64,000 bases of DNA from NCBI GenBank assembly GCA_951406725.2, contig OX597831.1, positions 57,784,001-57,848,000 on the forward strand. The letters run 5' to 3'. Of the stretch, positions 1 to 13,860 are shown in pieces (the stretch's first letter is position 1; each line of letters starts with the position of its first letter). Made by a program: the position numbers and the translations under genes. The DNA is from Octopus vulgaris. Its lineage: Eukaryota. The notes beneath the pieces were generated by a model. That model had not been told where the DNA came from and searched no databases. It was given only the letters and a program-made list of their open reading frames with translations.

Positions 1-20
1 TATATATATATTTATTTACG

Positions 21-91
<71 letters not shown>

Positions 92-102
92 CTCTCTTTC
101 TC

Positions 103-520
103 TTTTTCTTTACTTGTTTCAGTCATTTGACTGCGGCCATGCTGGAGCACCGCCTTTAGTCGAGCAAATCGACCCCAGGACTTATTCTTTGTAAGCCCAG
201 TACTTATTGTATCGGTCTGTTTTGCCGAACCGCTAAGTGACGGGGACGTAAACACATCAGCATCGGTTGTCAAGCAATGCTAGGGGGGCAAAAACACAGA
301 CACACAAACATATACACAAACATATACACACACACTTATATATATATACATATATACGACAGGCTTCTTTCAGTTTCTGTTTACCAAATCCACTCACAAG
401 GCATTGGTCGGCCCGGGGCTATAGCAGAAGACACTAGCCCAAGATGCCACGCAGTGGGACTGAACCCGGAACCATGTGGTTGGTTAGCAAGCTACTTACC
501 ACACAGCCACTTCTGCGCCT
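103..520 (-). mobile_element. tRNA-type SINE, family A (internal TA/TG microsatellite)
   Basis: Reverse complement resembles the family head AGGAGTGGCTGTGTGGTAAG...GGTTCAGTCCC (A/B-box-like); more than 12 homologous copies in the window. Confidence 0.85.
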
Positions 521-559
521 ATATATATATATATATATATAAAAAATATATGTGTGTAT

Positions 560-760
560 ATATCATCATCATCATCATCATGATCCCCGTTTTCCATGCT
601 GATATGGAGTGGACAGTTTGAATTGGGCTTCACAAGGCTTCAATTGTCTGTTCTGGCATGATTTTTATGGTTGGATGCCCTTCCTAATGCCATCCACTTC
701 ATAGAGTATGCTGGGTACTTTTAACGCAGCACCAGCACTGATATCAATACTGCTGTAGTG
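560..760 (-). mobile_element. Degenerate 3' end of RTE LINE with (GAT)n tail
   Basis: (CAT)n followed by ttccatgc...ggatgcccttcctaa, matching the reverse complement of 24120-24310. Confidence 0.65.
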
Positions 761-1109
761 AGCAGGTCTTCTTGAGACCTGGTGTATGTATAACCGTACA
801 GTCATTCCTGTGCCTATGATATATATATATTTTTTTTTTCTGTGTGTTAATGTCTTGCGACAATGGAAACTTTCATATAACCTAGATACCCTTGGCCTGA
901 TGAGTAGCCTGCAGCATACACCTCACTTGGATATTTACCACTTCCAAGGTTCCACTCACTATGAAACACATGTAACCCGGATCTTATCTACTCCATTCCT
1001 TAACTCCTGTATTCTTATTCACATGCCTGGCAACCCAGGTTGCTGTCTGTGAAATATAAAAAGAATTTGTTTCCGCTTATCATTCTTTGATACAAAAATA
1101 TCCACAACC

Positions 1110-1284
1110 ACAGGAGTGGCTGCGTGGTAAGAAGCTTGCTTACCAACCACATGGTTCTCGGTTCAGTCACACTGCATGGCAAGTGTCTTCTACTATAGCC
1201 TTGGGCCAACCAAAGCCTTGTGAGTGGATTTGGTAGATGGAAACTGAAAGAAGCCCATTGTATATATGTATATATATATATGTA

Positions 1285-1350
<66 letters not shown>

Positions 1351-1439
1351 ATGTATATTTGCCGTCTCAATATGGCTAACCACTAAGGGTGGGTGTTACT
1401 GTAGCTTGTAGCCCCAGGAGAACATCTCCTCCAGCTGGC

Positions 1440-1470
<31 letters not shown>

Positions 1471-1692
1471 GTGTGTATATATTTGTGTGTCTGTGTTTGT
1501 CCCCCGCAACATTGCTTGACAACCGATGCTGGTGTGTTTACGTCCCCGTAACTTAGCGGTTCAGGAATAGAGAGCGATTGAATAAGTACTAGACTTACAA
1601 AGAATAAGTCCTGGGGTTGATTTGCTCGACTTTAAGTGGTGCTCCAGCATGGCTGCAGTCAGATGACTGAAACAAGTAAAAGAGTAAAAGAA
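1110..1692 (+). mobile_element. SINE family A with an ~80-bp foreign insert (1360-1440) in its (TA)n
   Basis: Head aggagtggctgcgtggtaag, tail gactgaaacaagtaaaagag. Confidence 0.85.
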
Positions 1693-2007
1693 CCTTCCGT
1701 CTCAGTAAACCATTATTGTTCCTGAAAGCTATTTTTCATATTTCCTACAGATTGCTTGAAGCCAAATTCTTCCTACACCTCCATCCTTGGATCTTACATT
1801 TATATATATATATATATATATAGTTATTTCGTGTTACACTAAGAAGTAGTATGCAGTACCAGAATTTTTGATTTGAGTTAAATATATGCCTTAAGTCAAG
1901 AAGGTTTATGTAATGGATGCATTTCATATTATATATTAGGCAAACTTAAAACGTATGTATTAAATAATTTCAGAATATCACTATTTGCTTTCACTTCATT
2001 GTTACAA

Positions 2008-2040
<33 letters not shown>

Positions 2041-2047
<7 letters not shown>

Positions 2048-2612
2048 AAGATAGTTGTGTGAAAAAGTGCCACACCCTAGAGGTTGAGGGAACCTGTGGA
2101 AGAGGTAGACCCAGGAAAACCTGGGATGAGGTGGTGAAGAACGACCTTCGCGCTTTAGGTCTCACCGAGGGAATGACCAGAGACCGAGACCATTGGAAGT
2201 ATGCTGTGCGCGAGAAGACCCGGCAGGACACGTGAGGCCATAACCCATGGCCCCTACCTAGGATGTAGTCAGTCCACCTGTGCATACCTTCCTTCTTGGG
2301 ACACTTGTGAAGACCTGTTGAGGCAAGTGAAAATCAAATCAAATCAAATCAAATCAAAATCGATGAATATCAATGGAACACCATCCGAGCGTGGCCGTTC
2401 GCCAGCCTCGTCTGGCACCTGTGTCGGTGGCACATAAAAAGCACCCACTACACTCACGGAGTGGTTGGCGTTAGGAAGGGCATCCAGCCGTAGAAACACT
2501 GCCAGATCAGACTGGGCCTGGTGCAGCCTTCAGGCTTCCCAGACCCCAGTTGAACCGTCCAACCCATGCTAGCATGGAAAGCGGACGTTAAACGATGATG
2601 ATGATGATGATG
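2041..2612 (+). mobile_element. 5'-truncated copy of the RTE-PHD LINE (C-terminus and 3' UTR)
   Basis: EDSCVKKCHTLEVEGTCGRGRPRKTW nearly identical to the end of ORF 20569-23637; (GAT)n tail. Confidence 0.9.
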
Positions 2613-3327
2613 ATTTATATATATAAATTTTTATATATTATATATATATATATTTTTTTATCAGAAGAATGTCTCTTCTAAAGTCTTTTCTTCGCATTTT
2701 GCTTTTCAATTTACTTACGTAAATTCGTATAGTTACGCAAACCTGTTTAGAAATAACCAGTATATGATTTGATTTATTAACCACAGTTCAGCAGATTCAT
2801 TCATATTTATATAATGGATAAGATTGCATGTGAAAATGGATTATAGTTTTGATTTTTCATGTTGCTACACAATTTGTTTCATACAAAAAGACTCAAATAA
2901 TCGTAAACGATAAATCATTGTCATATTTGTACTCACAAATAACTGACACATGCACACCCTACATACACACATACACCTTCCACACACTCACACAGTACTG
3001 GCAATGACTTCGCTCGAAACTTCTTACATGTGCCAGTGAAGCGACGTTGGTAACGATCACGCTCAAATGGTGCCCAGGCAAATTCCCTGCTGTTACTGTG
3101 AAGAAAAAAAAATTCTTTCTGGTGGTAAAATGTGTAAAAACATCATATCTGCCCAGTGCTTCCCTCTGGCGAACCCCTTGATGTGTTTCTGGCTCTTTAC
3201 ACTCCTCAGTAGGAGATACTAAAGAGAGATAATTTTTACCATAAAAGAGAATGTTTTCCTTTTGGTAACTGCAGTGAATTTGTCTTCAGAAGTTAAAATA
3301 TGTCACAAACATATTTTAATTAACCTG

Positions 3328-3657
3328 AGACCCCCTTCGGTCACGACACAGACCATGGGATTGCACCTACAAAGTTACCCTCCCATGCACAAGTCCAGGC
3401 AAGGATGTTTATGCAAGACCAGCTGTCGCCCATGCATACCGGCCTCCCCTCTCCACGCCACCAGTGTTATCCAAGGGAAAGGTCGATACAGCTTGGCACC
3501 TGTGACATCGCTACTCATTTCTACAGCTGAGTGAACTGGAACAACGTGAAATAAAGTGTCTTGCTCAAAAACACAACACGCAGCCCGGTCCAGGATTTGA
3601 GCTCACAACCTCACGATTGTAAGCTTGACGCTCTAACCACTGAGCCATGAGCCTTCA
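3328..3657 (-). mobile_element. tRNA-type SINE family C
   Basis: Reverse complement of the 49757-50083 copy; head tggctcagtggttagagcgtc. Confidence 0.8.
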
Positions 3658-4151
3658 CAGAACAAGAGGTGGTGGCACTCCTTGGACGCATGCGCAGCAT
3701 CTTTGGTTACTATAGAAACAAAGTTCTTTGCAATCAGCCACGGAACATGTGGTGCTTCTTCGCTTTGGTTACTATAGAAACAGACTTCTTCACTTCCGTA
3801 ACGTCTAAATAAAGTTCATTTATTCCTCGTCACTGCTTAGCACTGATACTACTGTAATTATTCTGACCTGGTGGTCTGTGAATGTATCTGTCACTGATAT
3901 TAATTGTTCTAAGATAAAGCTACAGTTTTAGAATCTGCATAAGGTTATCTACCTTTAGTATCTCCCACTGAGAAAGGCGAAAGAGCCAGAAATGCACATA
4001 GGAGATCTGCTAGAGGGAGGAACTGGGCAGATATGGTGTTTTTACATTTTTTACAATGAGAGAACTGTTTTCTCCATGGTTACTGCAGTGAATTTGCTGA
4101 CCGAAGTTAAAACATCACGAACATAGTTTTAACTAATTTAAAGTCCATATG

Positions 4152-4320
4152 TAGGAGTGGCTGTGTGGTAAGTAGCTTGCTTACTAACCACATGGTTTCG
4201 GGTTCAGTCCCACTGCGTGGCACCCTGGGCAAGTGTTTTCTACTATAGCCACAGGCCGACCAAAGCCTTGTGAGTGGATTTGGTAGATTGAAATGGAAAG
4301 AAGCCCGTCGTATATATATA
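4152..4320 (+). mobile_element. SINE family A, 5' half (3' half resumes at ~11700)
   Basis: Head to aagcccgtcg(TA)n; the missing 3' half is found at 11700-11942. Confidence 0.8.
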
Positions 4321-4504
4321 TATAATAATAATAAATATTAGGGAATAAATCCAAATTTACAGGGAAAAATTAGATTTAGGATTAAATCCAATTTTATAGT
4401 AAAATATTATATAATATAATTCGAGACAAAACCACTATTTTGCAAAACAAACAAGGAAAGACTTAATCAATACATAAAAATTTTTAATTTAAAGAAATAA
4501 ACCG

Positions 4505-4547
4505 CCACTACAATCGTTTCATGTCTTCAATGACATTCGTCATGTGG
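4505..4547 (-). ncRNA. Minimal type I hammerhead-like motif (core variant AUGACGA)
   Basis: ccac-ATGACGA-atgtc(attgaa)gacat-GAAAC-gatt-GTA-gtgg on the minus strand. Confidence 0.65.
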
Positions 4548-7500
4548 ATTTTCGATCTAAAATATCAATATATTAAAATATAAGTTTAAAATAATAAAAT
4601 TATCAATGAAAAATATAAATATATATAATCTATATATAATCTATATATAATCTATATATAATCAATATATAATCTAAATTAAACCCTATAAACAATTGAA
4701 TATAAAGAAACCTATTATTAAAGTTCTCATATTTAAAGATGTACAAAAAACAAAAAACAAAAAACAAAAAAACAAAAAACAAAAAACAAAAAACAAAAAA
4801 AACAAAAACAAAAACAAAAACAAAATAAAAATAAACTATATATACACACATGCTCATACACATATAACTAAATATATATAACCATATCTAAATACATACA
4901 CTAACTCACACACCAATATATATATCTCTATACATACACATAAAAACGTCTAGGCAACAATAAATGAATAAATTAAAAAAATAGCCAAATACTTCAACAC
5001 ATTACTTATTCTTACTCCCTCACACACACATACAACCCACAGTCATAAACAATATACATATACCCGCTCACACATACATATACATACATACAGAACTCGA
5101 TATATACACCAATATATTCACACCCACACTCATACAGATAAATAAATTACGCAAACAATCACACATACATAAACACTCAAAAGAAAATAAACAATTCTTA
5201 GCGCGTGGTGATCGAACGTTTTTTAAAAAAATTATAAATGGAAAGAATGGAATAATATTTAATCAACGTAAAAATACAGAATTTACTCCAAAATCATTAA
5301 TAAACCAATCATGATAATGAAACCCATATATACATATAATGATAAAACACCCTTTACCATACACAATAATACCTATATAGCAATCCCCATAATACATTCA
5401 CACACAAAACTACACATACGTAAAACACACACCCATAACATATACATATACCCCCTCACATATACATATACATACGTACTAAACTCGATATATACAACAA
5501 TATATTCACACCCACACCCATATAGACAAATAAATTACACAACCAAGTACGCACACACACACACACATTTACACATACAAAAACACTCAAAAGAAAAACA
5601 ACATATCTACACATAATACGATTTGCGCGTGGAGAACGTACGTTATTCAAAATTATGAATGGAATAAATGGAATAATATTTTAAACACTTAAACAGACAG
5701 AAATTACTACAAATTCTTTAATAAAACTACCATGATAAACGAAAACTCATATATACATATAACGATAAAATCTCCCTTTACTAAACACTATAACATACCT
5801 ATATAGCAATCCCCCTATCTATACATTCACACACAAATACACACACGTAAAACATACACCCACTACATATACATATACCCACTCCACTCACACATACATA
5901 TACATACGTACAAACCTCGATATATACATCAAAATCTTCACTCCCACACCCATACAAATAAATAAATATACGCACACACACACACATTTACACATATACA
6001 TAAACACTCAAAAGAAAAACAACATATCGACACATAATACGATATATAAAATACTCCATAAGTAACCAGATTATCATAAGTAACAAGATTAACATAAGGA
6101 GAAAAAAATACATACCTCCTAATCTGTTTTAATTTATGAAGTGAATTCAAACTCTAGCCGTTATAACTTTAAACAAGATTACGTTACCATAGGAACCGAA
6201 CATATTTATAAAAATTCTTAGCTCGGTGAACGAACGTCATTTAAAATTATGAATGGAACAGAATGGAATTATAAAATTCTTTGCGCGTGGAGAACGAACG
6301 TTATTCAAAATTATGAATGGAATAAATGGAATAATACAGACAGAAATTACTACAAATTCTTAAATAAAACTACCATGATAAACGAAATACATATAACGAT
6401 AAAAACTCCCTTTACTAAACACTAGAACATACCTATATAGCAATCCCCCTATCTATACATTCACACACAAATACACACACGTAAAACACACACCCACTAC
6501 ATATACATATACCCACTCCACTCACACATACAAATACATACGTACAAACCTCGATATATACATCAAAATATTCACTCCCACACCCATACAAATAAATAAA
6601 TAAAATAAATATCCCTAAAAAAACGGGTGCAATCTCACGCACATCAATCATGCATGTATACAAGTGCATACACAAGCACACACTTTTACCTAGCAATCAT
6701 GCACTCCCACATCTACACATGCACTTATACACGCGCACACATGCACACACACCCATAATATGCATATTCACAGACACTCTCCTAGACATCTAATATACGT
6801 ATAAATGGCTACAAAACAATACCCAATAAAACCACCAAGAACAACATACCAAGCTATAATGCATGGGGACTAAAATACTAAAAAATTCTTAATAAAAAAT
6901 CATGATAAATGAAATCCATACATACAAATATAAAGATAAAACCCCCTTATCAAATCCACAATACACACAATACACACACATATATACACACACCCACAAA
7001 CATAACCATATACACACTCACACATACATATACATACGTACAAAACTCGATATATACACCAATATATTCAATCCGACTCTCAATAAATGATTAATAAATA
7101 CAAATACAAACATAAATATATATATATATAAAATATATATAAATATATACATTCACACATATCATCCCAAACACATATTTATAAAATGCACTCTTTCAAA
7201 AAAGTAAATAAATATTAATATATATATATATATGAGTGTGTACACGCAGACGGGTGCAATCACACGCACATTCAAAACATACATGTATACAAGTGCATAA
7301 ACAATCCCACTCAATTACATAGCACTCATACACTCCCGCATCTACACTTGCACTTGTACACACGCACACATGCATACACACCCATACCTACCTATTCACG
7401 GACAATCTCCTAAATATCTATATAAACGTATATTGCAACAAACAATACCCAAATAAAACTGCCAAATTCAACATAACAAATAAAATACAAGGGGATTGTA

Positions 7501-8009
7501 AACATTCACACATACATACAAAACACAATATATACACCTCTAAATACACCCAATCATCCATAATAATATATCACCATATATACATATAACATATACATAA
7601 TAAAATAAATAAATAAATAAATAAACTTAGTATATAGGTAAAGTAACATATAAAGTTTCATGTTAAATAACATTAATAGCTTCCTTTAAAGGTTACTTTA
7701 GTTTAATATTAATTTTAGTTTAGAGTACCATATATATTTTTAGTTATATAGTTTAGGCTTTAATTATAGTTAGTCTTTAATTAGTATTTTTTTTGTTTTA
7801 ATTAATTCATTTTAATGTATATCAATATATAACAGCTTATGGTAAGTTAAAACTTTATTTAGTTATATTAGATTTATTTTATTTTATTTACTTATTTATT
7901 TATTTATTTATTTATTTTATTATGTATATGTTATATGTATATATGGTGATATATTATTATGGATGATTGGGTGTATTTAGAGGTGTATATATTGTGTTTT
8001 GTATGTATT

Positions 8010-8243
8010 TTTTTTTTTTTTTTTGTACTTGTTTCAGTCATTTTGACTGCGGCCATGCTGGAGCACCGCCTTTTAGAGTGGTGAAAGAGTACAGCAGGGA
8101 TCACCACCATCCCCTGCCGGAGCCTCGTGGAGCTTTTAGGTGTTTTCGCTCAATAAACACACACAACACCCGGTCTGGGAATCGAAACCGCGATCCTACG
8201 ACCGCAAGTCCGCTGCCCTAACCACTGGGCCATTGCGCCTCCA
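8010..8243 (-). mobile_element. Chimeric SINE (family D head, family A tail, polyA) present in the right palindrome arm only
   Basis: Absent from the left arm near 7510; 8075-8243 matches 36530-36695; 8020-8072 matches the family A tail. Confidence 0.8.
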
Positions 8244-11143
8244 TGTGTGAATGTTTACAATCCCCTTGTATTTTATTTGGTATGTTGAATTTGGCAGTTT
8301 TATTTGGGTATTGTTTGTTGCAATATACGTTTATATAGATATTTAGGAGATTGTCCGTGAATAGGTAGGTATGGGTGTGTATGCATGTGTGCGTGTGTAC
8401 AAGTGCAAGTGTAGATGCGGGAGTGTATGAGTGCTATGTAATTGAGTGGGATTGTTTATGCACTTGTATACATGCATGTTTTGAATGTGCGTGTGATTGC
8501 ACCCGTCTGCGTGTACACACTCATATATACATATATTAATATTTATATACTTTTTTGAAAGAGTGTATTTTATAAATATGTGTTTGGGATGATATGTGTG
8601 AATGTATATATTTATATATATTTTATATATATATATATTTATGTTTGTATATGTATTTATTTAATCATTTATTGAGAGTCGGATTGAATATATTGGTGTA
8701 TATATCGAGTTTTGTACGTATGTATATGTATGTGTGAGTGTGTATATGGTTATGTTTGTGGGTGTGTGTATATATGTGTGTGTATTGTGTGTATTGTGGA
8801 TTTGATAAGGGGGTTTTATCTTTATATTTGTATGTATGGATTTCATTTATCATGATTTTTTATTAAGAATTTTTTAGTATTTTAGTCCCCATGCATTATA
8901 GCTTGGTATGTTGTTCTTGGTGGTTTTATTGGGTATTGTTTTGTAGCCATTTATACGTATATATGTGTGTGCATGTGTGCGCGTGTATAAGTGCATGTGT
9001 AGATGTGGGAGTGCATGATTGCTAGGTAAAAGTGTGTGCTTGTGTATGCACTTGTATACATGCATGATTGATGTGCGTGAGATTGCACCCATTTTTTTAG
9101 GGATATTTATTTTATTTATTTATTTGTATGGGTGTGGGAGTGAATATTTTGATGTATATATCGAGGTTTGTACGTATGTATTTGTATGTGTGAGTGGAGT
9201 GGGTATATGTATATGTAGTGGGTGTGTGTTTTACGTGTGTATTTGTGTGTGAATGTATAGATAGGGGGATTGCTATATAGGTATGTTATAGTGTTTAGTA
9301 AAGGGAGTTTTTATCGTTATATGTATTTCGTTTATCATGGTAGTTTTATTTAAGAATTTGTAGTAATTTCTGTCTGTATTATTCCATTTATTCCATTCAT
9401 AATTTTGAATAACGTTCGTTCTCCACGCGCAAAGAATTTTATAATTCCATTCTGTTCCATTCATAATTTTAAATGACGTTCGTTCACCGAGCTAAGAATT
9501 TTTATAAATATGTTCGGTTCCTATGGTAACGTAATCTTGTTTAAAGTTATAGTGGCTAGAGTTTGAATTCACTTCATAAATTAAAACAGATTAGGAGGTA
9601 TGTATTTTTTCTCCTTATGTTAATCTTGTTACTTATGATAATCTGGTTACTTATGGAGTATTTTATATATCGTATTATGTGTCGATATGTTGTTTTTCTT
9701 TTGAGTGTTTATGTATGTGTAAATGTGTGTGTGTGCGTATATTTATTTATTTGTATGGGTGTGGGAGTGAATATTTTGATGTATATATCGAGGTTTGTAC
9801 GTATGTATATGTATGTGTGAGTGGAGTGGGTATATGTATATGTAGTGGGTGTGTGTTTTACGTGTGTGTATTTGTGTGTGAATGTATAGATAGGGGGATT
9901 GCTATATAGGTATGTTATAGTGTTTAGTAAAGGGAGATTTTATCGTTATATGTATATATGAGTTTTCGTTTATCATGGTAGTTTTATTAAAGAATTTGTA
10001 GTAATTTCTGTCTGTTTAAGTGTTTAAAATATTATTCCATTTATTCCATTCATAATTTTGAATAACGTACGTTCTCCTCGCGCAAATCGTATTATGTGTA
10101 GATATGTTGTTTTTCTTTTGAATGTTTTTGTATGTGTAAATGTGTGTGTGTGTGCGTACTTGGTTGTGTAATTTATTTGTCTATATGGGTGTGGGTGTGA
10201 ATATATTGTTTTATATATCGAGTTTAGTACGTATGTATATGTATATGTGAGGGGGTATATGTATATGTTATGGGTGTGTGTTTTACGTATGTGTAGTTTT
10301 GTGTGTGAATGTATTATGGGGATTGCTATATAGGTATTATTGTGTATGGTAAAGGGTGTTTTATCATTATATGTATATATGGGTTTCATTATCATGATTG
10401 GTTTATTAATGATTTTGGAGTAAATTCTGTATTTTTACGTTGATTAAATATTATTCCATTCTTTCCATTTATAATTTTAAAAAAAAACGTTCGATCACCA
10501 CGCGCTAAGAATTGTTTATTTTCTTTTGAGTGTTTATGTATGTGTAAATGTGTGTGTGTGATTGTTTGCGTAATTTATTTATCTGTATGGGTGTGGGTGT
10601 GAATATATTGGTGTATATATCGCGTTCTGTATGTATGTATATGTATGTGTGAGCGGGTATATGTATATTGTTTATGACTGTGGGTTGTATGTGTGTGTGA
10701 GGGAGTAAGAATAAGTAATGTGTTGAAGTATTTGGCTATTTTTTAAATTTATTCATTTATTGTTGCCTAGACGTTTTTATGTGTATGTATAGAGATATAT
10801 ATATTGGTGTGTGAGTTAGTGTATGTATTTAGATATGGTTATATATATTTAGTTATATGTGTATGAGCATGTGTGTATATATAGTTTATTTTTATTTTGT
10901 TTTTGTTTTTGTTTTTGTTTTTTGTTTTTTTTGTTTTTTGTTTTTTGTACATCTTTAAATATGAGAACTTTAATAATAGGTTTCTTTATATTCAATTGTT
11001 TATAGGGTTTAATTTAGATTATATATTGATTATATATAGATTATATATAGATTATATATAGATTATATATATTTATATTTTTCATTGATAATTTTATTAT
11101 TTTAAACTTATATTTTAATATATTGATATTTTAGATCGAAAAT

Positions 11144-11186
11144 CCACATGACGAATGTCATTGAAGACATGAAACGATTGTAGTGG
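11144..11186 (+). ncRNA. Minimal type I hammerhead-like motif (mirror of 4505-4547)
   Basis: ccac ATGACGA atgtc attgaa gacat GAAAC gatt GTA gtgg. Confidence 0.65.
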
Positions 11187-11283
11187 CGGTTTATTTCTTT
11201 ATATTAAAAATTTTTATGTATTGATTAAGTCTTTCCTTGTTTGTTTTGCAAAATAGTGGTTTTGTCTCGAATTATATTATATA

Positions 11284-11651
11284 CTAGCAGTATCGCCTGG
11301 CGTTGCTCGGGTTTGTAAGGGAAATAACTATAAAGCATTTTTAGAGAGTTATAGCCAAAAAATGGATAAAAAATGATGGTAAATTTTTTTAGTTAAAAAG
11401 GTCGAGTTGCGTCCCCTAGACAGTCTGTGGTTTGTGTTTCTGATTCTCGACCCCATGTCGAATTTATCGATTTTTTTCAGAACTGGGGGAACTTTTCAAA
11501 ATTTTCGCTGCGTTAGTTTTGAATTATGACATTGGGCTATGTGTGTGTCAAGTTTCATCAGAATTGGTTGAAAGCCGTGGTCAGGGTGAGGGTACAACCT
11601 AACAGACACACAGAAACACACACAGACAAACTGCCGTTTATATATAGAGAG

Positions 11652-11652
<1 letters not shown>
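11284..11652 (-). mobile_element. Non-autonomous Helitron-like element
   Basis: Minus strand starts TC(TC)TATATATAAA and ends in hairpin CCCGAGCAACGCCAGG followed by CTAG, in an A/T site. Confidence 0.7.
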
Positions 11653-11699
<47 letters not shown>

Positions 11700-11716
<17 letters not shown>

Positions 11717-11942
11717 CATATGTCTGTGTGTCTATGTTTGTTCCGCCAACATCGCTTGACAACCGATGCGGATGTGTTTACATCCCCGTAACTTAGCGGT
11801 TCGGCAAAAGAGACCAATAGAATAAGTACTAGGCTTACAAAGAATAAGTCCCAGGGTCGATTTGCTCGACTAAATGTGTTGCTCCAGCATGGCCACAGTC
11901 ACATGACTGAAACACGTAAAAAGTATAAAAAAAAGTAAAAAG
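11700..11942 (+). mobile_element. SINE family A, 3' half (partner of 4152-4320)
   Basis: aacatcgcttgacaaccgatg...gactgaaac...aaaag. Confidence 0.8.
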
Positions 11943-12496
11943 TATGTGTGTGTGTGCAGGATATCTTTTCAGTGATGCTGATTTTAAAGATGTTGGTTGA
12001 TTAAAACGAGGAACAGCCTTCAAGCATAGGTTCTTCATATTTTGGCTAGAAATAAAAACGGTTTACCTAGCAATTCTTAACTGGTTTTAAATGTAAACTC
12101 ACAGAAATTTATTGATGTTGCTGCATGGAATGTAGCATAAAATTTCAATGAGGTGGAAACCATATCTGGTATGATAACTATGTCTAACTTCATTCCACCT
12201 CTCTCTTTTGAACTCTAAGTAACCTATATATGTCATAAAAAGGTTCTGAAATTAAATGCCAGTTAAAGGTGATAGACATGTGCTACAGTTACCGTATTAA
12301 ACTGATTGATTAGTCATGTATGACTAGAGGTCACTTTACATCTCAGAGGAGATAATACAAATTTCCTACTTTTATTCCTTTACTCTTCATATTGATTTCA
12401 AATTTTGGCACAAGATCAGCAATTTCGGTGGAGGTGTAAGTTGATTATATCGCCCCCTGTATTCAACTGGTACTTAGGATCTTTGTGGTTTTCATC

Positions 12497-13070
12497 ACTC
12501 TTTACTCTTTTACTTGTTTCAGTCATCTTGACCCTGGGACTTATTCTTTTTGTAAGCCCTGCACTTATTCTATCGGTCTCTTTTGCCGAATCGCTAAGTA
12601 ACAGGGACATAAACACACCAGCATCGGTTGTCAAGCAATGCTAGGGGGACAAACACAGACACACAAACAGTAAGTAGCTTGCTTACCAACCACATGGTTC
12701 CGGGTTCAGTCCCACTGCGTGGCACCTTGGCCAAGTTCTTCTACTATAACCTCGGGGCGACCAAAGCCTTGTGAGTGGATTTGGTAGACGGAAACTGAAA
12801 GAAGCCTGTCGTATATATGTATTTATATATATATATATATGTGTGTGTGTGTATATGTTTGTGTGTCTGTGTTTGACCCCCCAACATTGCTTGACAACCG
12901 ATGCTGATGTGTTTACATCCCCTTAATTTAGCGGTTCAGCAAAAGAGACTGGCAGAATAAGTACTAAGCTTCCAAAGAATAAGTCCTGGGGTCGATTTGC
13001 TCGACTAAAGGCAGTGCTCCAACATGGTCACAGTCAAGTGACTGAAAGAAATAAAAGAGTAAAAAAGTAA
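12497..13070. mobile_element. Two rearranged SINE family A pieces (minus 12497-12668, plus 12670-13070)
   Basis: Direct homology to family A. Confidence 0.75.
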
Positions 13071-13609
13071 AGCTAACAGGAGTTGCTAGAAATAACAGAT
13101 ATTTATTAGTTAAAAAAACATTCAAGAATGAAAGTTTGCAATACACTCTAAGATTTTATAAAATAAATAATCTTTCTCATATCTCCTTCTCCACATAAAT
13201 TCACAAAGATAAGAGTCAACCATACCCAGTTGAGTGTAAGTCCCATCTGTTATGAAAACAAACAATTATAGAACAAGAGGTGGTTACACTCCTTGTGCAC
13301 ATGTGCAGCATCTTTGGTTACTATAGAAACAGAGTTCTTCACAATCAGCCATGGAACAGGTGGTGCTTCTTTGCTTTGGTTACTATAGAAACAGACTTCT
13401 TTGCCTCAGTAATGTCTAAAATACTCCCTTCAGATTGGCAAAAATACCCAAAGTTTTCACATTTTAAAGGCTAATAACTTTTTAATTATGGATTTATCAG
13501 GAAAATGAATTTCATTTTCATAATTAGTATACAAAACTTAACCCATATACCAAATTTGAAAACATTTGGAACAAAATTGTAAACAGTGACGAAAACCACT
13601 TCAGCCCGT

Positions 13610-13750
13610 GTCTTCCTGGGTCTACTTCTGTCACAGGTTCCCTCCACAGCTAAAGATCAGCACTTCTTTACACAGCTGTCCTCGTCCATATGCATCACAT
13701 GACCATACCAGCAAGTTGTCTCTCTTGCACACTACGTCTGATTCCTCTTA
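13610..13750 (-). mobile_element. RTE LINE C-terminal fragment
   Basis: Reverse complement of the GVQERRLRWYGHV...GRPRK region. Confidence 0.7.
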
Positions 13751-13860
13751 TACCTATATATATTCACATACATACATACACTGACGATATTCACACACAT
13801 ACATACATTGAATCATACTCTGTCAAGCTATTCCACTGTCAACCCTAAGAATCTGGATAT

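Larger units (their letters stand above)
4323..11283. repeat. ~6.9-kb non-coding fold-back element (arms ~4408-7625 and ~7893-11283), Penelope-pLTR-like
   Basis: Right arm is the reverse complement of the left arm over >3 kb; ~270-bp spacer; unpaired extension 4323-4407. Confidence 0.92.

Noticed and set aside
4323-11283. Palindrome as a fold-back sequencing artefact
   Set aside because: Arms differ by a SINE insertion, an indel and substitutions; read-level confirmation is still advisable
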